Of a stretch of 64,000 nucleotides of DNA, positions 60,642 to 64,000 are shown in pieces. Every line of letters starts with the position of its first letter. The stretch's first letter is position 1. The stretch spans positions 182,259-246,258 of the forward strand of contig CAVZMY010000002.1 in assembly GCA_963776515.1 (NCBI GenBank). The letters are read 5' to 3'. Origin of the DNA: an uncultured Methanobacteriaceae archaeon (GTDB lineage Archaea > Methanobacteriota > Methanobacteria > Methanobacteriales > Methanobacteriaceae). The notes under the pieces are model-generated. The model was not told the DNA's origin and searched no databases. It saw nothing but the letters and a program-made list of their open reading frames with translations. A program made the position numbers and the translations under genes.

Positions 60642-61540
60642 ATGCTTTTTTACACAGAAAATGTATTGAAATTCGCATTTTCAATTGAAACATCAAATAT
60701 CGATGTAGAATCATCTAATCCTAATAATAAAAAAAGATTCGGACTATTTAGGAGTGCCATTTGACGGTACAACAAGTTATATGCCGGGTGCACGTTTTGG
60801 TCCCAGATCTGTAAGGGAAGCTTCGTATAACTTTGAAAAATACAATTTAATCTTAGATAAAACTATAAATACAGAAATTTACGACTTCGGAGACTTGGAA
60901 GTTGTAAATGGAAACTTCAAAAAAACGTGTTCAAACCTAAAAAAAACCATATCTGATATTCTAGACATGGGACTTATTCCATTAACAATAGGTGGAGACC
61001 ACAGCATAAGCTGTTGTGTACTGAAAGCTATAGATGAAAAACTTAAATTGAATTCAAAAATATCACAATTTTACATTTCGATGCACATATGGACTTTAGA
61101 GATAAGTATATTGGGCGAAAAATATTCCCATGCAACGGTGATGCATAGGATACACGATATGAATCCTAAGGAAATTATTCAAATCGGCGTGAGATCTTCA
61201 TCTGAAGAGGAAGTAAGTATTTGCTCGTGAAAATAATGTAAAAATTTATACTTCTCATGATGTCGATGAAAAACTTGAAGAAATTGTTAAATTCTTAAAA
61301 AAAATCGAAGGTCCCATTTATATTACCTTTGATATCGATGTCTTAGATCCCTCTTTTGCACCATCTGTTGGAACACCATCACCGTGTGGTCTGAACCCTA
61401 AACAAACAGAAAAATTAATATACAGTCTTAAAAATAAAAAAATTCTAGGTTTTGATTTGGTAGAGGTTTCTTCAAACCAAATTGGCGATATCACTTCGGT
61501 AAATGCTGCCAAGACAATTTATGATATTCTAAGTCTTTGA
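60642..61540 (+). CDS. speB: Agmatinase (several frameshifts)
   Basis: GVPFDGTTSY.PGARFGP, GGDHS, HFDAHMD (shifted frame), SHAT, QIGVR, FDIDVLDP.FAP.VGTP, GFDLVEV. Confidence 0.9.
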
Positions 61541-61764
61541 TATAATATATAAAACTAAAGAATCCTTAATATCTAATAAATTAATTTTCTATATCTAATA
61601 TTTTATCTCTTTTTTAATATGTTAATAATACAGAAATTTTTATAGTGGAATGAAAATATTTAAATTATTACTAATTATTTTCATCCGAATTGTTGAATTA
61701 ATTTTATAGAAAGAACTGAAACAAAGTATCTTCAGGATTTGATTAATAATTAAAGGTGAATAAA

Positions 61765-62985
61765 ATGTACAAACGAGAAGTAAAGCTTTCAGGCCATATA
61801 ATAGACTCTCTAATACTTCCAAATGCTCTTGATCTCATAATGGACATGGGTGGAGATTTTAAGATACTCGAATTTGAAGTAGGTAAACTCAAAGGAGATA
61901 TAAGTCATGCTCGAATCCAAGTTGAAGCATCTAACAAAATACTCCTTGGAGAGATATTAGATGAACTTTCAGAAATAGGAGCACTCGTTGTAGAAATTAA
62001 AGATGTTAATCTGTTAAAATCTGAAAACGACAAGACATTGCCGGCTGATTTTTATTCAACTACCCATCATCCAACCCAAATACGCTACAATGAAGAATGG
62101 GTAATGGTTGAAAACATTGAAATGGATTGTATGATTGTTGTTGATCCTGTAAATGATCGAGCATTCTGTGAACCTATTGGAAGGATCAAAAAAGGAGATC
62201 TTGTTGTTGTTGGCAGGGAAGGAGTACAAGTATTCCCACCTGAACGTCCAAGAGGCAAACAAGGTGTTTTTGAGTTCATGTCAAGCGAAGCTTCGTCTGA
62301 AAAACCAATAAAATCTATTATAAAAAACATAGCATCCGAAATAAAGGAAGTTAAAAAGAGAGGCGGAAAAATTGCTATTGTTTCAGGTCCTGCAGTTGTG
62401 CATACAGGGTCAGGTTCTATATTGGCCAGTATGATAAAAGAAGGTTATATAGATCTTATATTTGCTGGAAATGCACTAGCAACTCACGATATAGAAAGTG
62501 CACTCTATGGAACTTCACTAGGTATGGATGTTATAACTGGAGAAGCAGTTACAAGGGGTCACAGGAACCATATATATGCAATAAATGAAATCAATAAAGC
62601 TGGATCCATAAAAGATGCTGTTGACAAGGGATTATTAGATAATGGAATAATGTACGAATGTGTTAAAAATAATGTACCCTTTGTACTTGCAGGTTCAATA
62701 AGAGATGATGGACCACTTCCGGATGTAATAACAGATGTGATAGAAGCACAAGATGAAATGAGGAAACATGTACACGATGTAGATATGGTTATAATGATTT
62801 CTACCATGCTCCATTCGATTGCAACTGGGAACATGCTACCATCACATGTTAAAAGCATATGTGTTGATATTAACCCTGCAACAGTTACAAAACTCAGTGA
62901 CAGAGGTAGTGCCCAAGTTGTGGGAATTGTGACAGATGTCGGAACCTTCTTACCAGTACTCTACAATGAACTTAAATCAGATTAA
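61765..62985 (+). CDS. TIGR00300 / LOR-SDH conserved region protein (archaeal ornithine cyclodeaminase type)
   Basis: [51 protein letters not shown]. Confidence 0.85.
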   Translation: MYKREVKLSGHIIDSLILPNALDLIMDMGGDFKILEFEVGKLKGDISHARIQVEASNKILLGEILDELSEIGALVVEIKDVNLLKSENDKTLPADFYSTTHHPTQIRYNEEWVMVENIEMDCMIVVDPVNDRAFCEPIGRIKKGDLVVVGREGVQVFPPERPRGKQGVFEFMSSEASSEKPIKSIIKNIASEIKEVKKRGGKIAIVSGPAVVHTGSGSILASMIKEGYIDLIFAGNALATHDIESALYGTSLGMDVITGEAVTRGHRNHIYAINEINKAGSIKDAVDKGLLDNGIMYECVKNNVPFVLAGSIRDDGPLPDVITDVIEAQDEMRKHVHDVDMVIMISTMLHSIATGNMLPSHVKSICVDINPATVTKLSDRGSAQVVGIVTDVGTFLPVLYNELKSD

Positions 62986-63359
62986 TGTGAGAAGTAAATT
63001 ATCACTTTTCTCTATTCATTGAATATCCAAATTATATCTAATTTTTGATTAAATGTTTGACATTTATCTAGGATCCCTAAATAGATATATTTAACTTTTG
63101 TTTGGTATTATTAGACTAATTATGGCTTTGAATGTTAATTGATAATGTAATCAGTCATAAATTTACCCATATGTTATAAAATTCTAGATAAGGTCAAGAT
63201 TATGAAGAACAGAAAAAATATATTGGAACAACGATTAATTCCAAAAATTTTACTTTATATAAATATTTAAATTTCTTATTTTTTTTATATATTTTTTATA
63301 TTAATAATTTAAATAATAAATGAAAATTTTTTTATTTCTATAAATACATATTATATAAT

Positions 63360-64000
63360 ATGAAAAGTGTGAAAATTTTAGGAGCCGGTCCCGCTGGATT
63401 GTCAGCTGCAATTAATCTTTCACAATATGGTTATAATGTGGATATTTTTGAAAAAAATCTTGATGTCGGCACCAAAAGTCAAGGTAATCTTCAAGGTCTA
63501 GAAAACTGGTCAGAGGATCAAGATGTAGTTAAAGAATTCAAGAAGATGAATATTAAAACCAATTTCCAATGTGAACCATTTAATAATCTTAGAATAACAA
63601 ATGGCGAAGAAAACTGGGATTTTTCTTGTAAAAAACCAGCATTTTATATTTTAAAGCGGGGTAAGGATGAAGTCAGTTTTGATCAAGGTTTAAAAAAACA
63701 AGCTCTCGATAGTGGAGTTAATATACGATTTGGGGAAACAGCTCCAATTTCAGATGTGGATATAGTTGCAACTGGTGGTGATCCACGGTTTAAGTTTGCA
63801 GTTGGAAAGGGCATTTCATTTAAAACAGAACATGAAAATGTAGCAGTTGGCCTTGTAAATAATTATCATGCGGTTAAAGGATATTCATACCTCCTTATTT
63901 CAAATGGTTTTGGATGCATCGCAACTGTTCTCTTTGGAGGATTTCAAGATTTAAACAAATATTTTAAAAGGACACTGGACGAGTTTCTAACCAAATATGA
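63360..64000 (+). CDS. NAD(P)/FAD-dependent oxidoreductase (geranylgeranyl reductase-like), truncated by the window end
   Basis: MKSVKILGAGPAGLSAA Rossmann motif; DIVATG; GYSY; frame open to the window end. Confidence 0.8.
   Translation, partial: MKSVKILGAGPAGLSAAINLSQYGYNVDIFEKNLDVGTKSQGNLQGLENWSEDQDVVKEFKKMNIKTNFQCEPFNNLRITNGEENWDFSCKKPAFYILKRGKDEVSFDQGLKKQALDSGVNIRFGETAPISDVDIVATGGDPRFKFAVGKGISFKTEHENVAVGLVNNYHAVKGYSYLLISNGFGCIATVLFGGFQDLNKYFKRTLDEFLTKY

Overview
AT-rich archaeal chromosome segment, very likely Methanobacteriales (Methanobacterium-like), judged from cfbE, methanogenesis marker 16, GGGP synthase, TFB, aRF1, aIF5A, eS1/eL40, a Mur-type ligase and xerA. Most of it is housekeeping. 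There are two accessory patches. The first (~29.3-37.1 kb) holds a CBM48 protein, an unknown conserved protein, an ArsR + bacterial-type LonA operon with a perfect operator, DUF1697, SRPBCC and an AT-rich void. The second (~55.9-60.1 kb) is an orphan kaiB + PAS histidine kinase module lying between pdaD and eif5A. About 15 genes, several of them core, are broken by 1-nt frameshifts, which points to uncorrected assembly indels rather than pseudogenes. No rRNA, tRNA, CRISPR array or transposase was seen. The best leads are: the KaiB-kinase module without KaiC; a secreted VanW-like protein beside a MurD-like ligase; an ASCH-TPR fusion that can only start at an ATA codon; a G-U-rich GAAA hairpin behind pmbA; two dif-like 11-6-11 sites near xerA; and a protease-less LonB-type ATPase with a Zn ribbon. 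All family assignments come from motif recognition by eye; no database searches were run.
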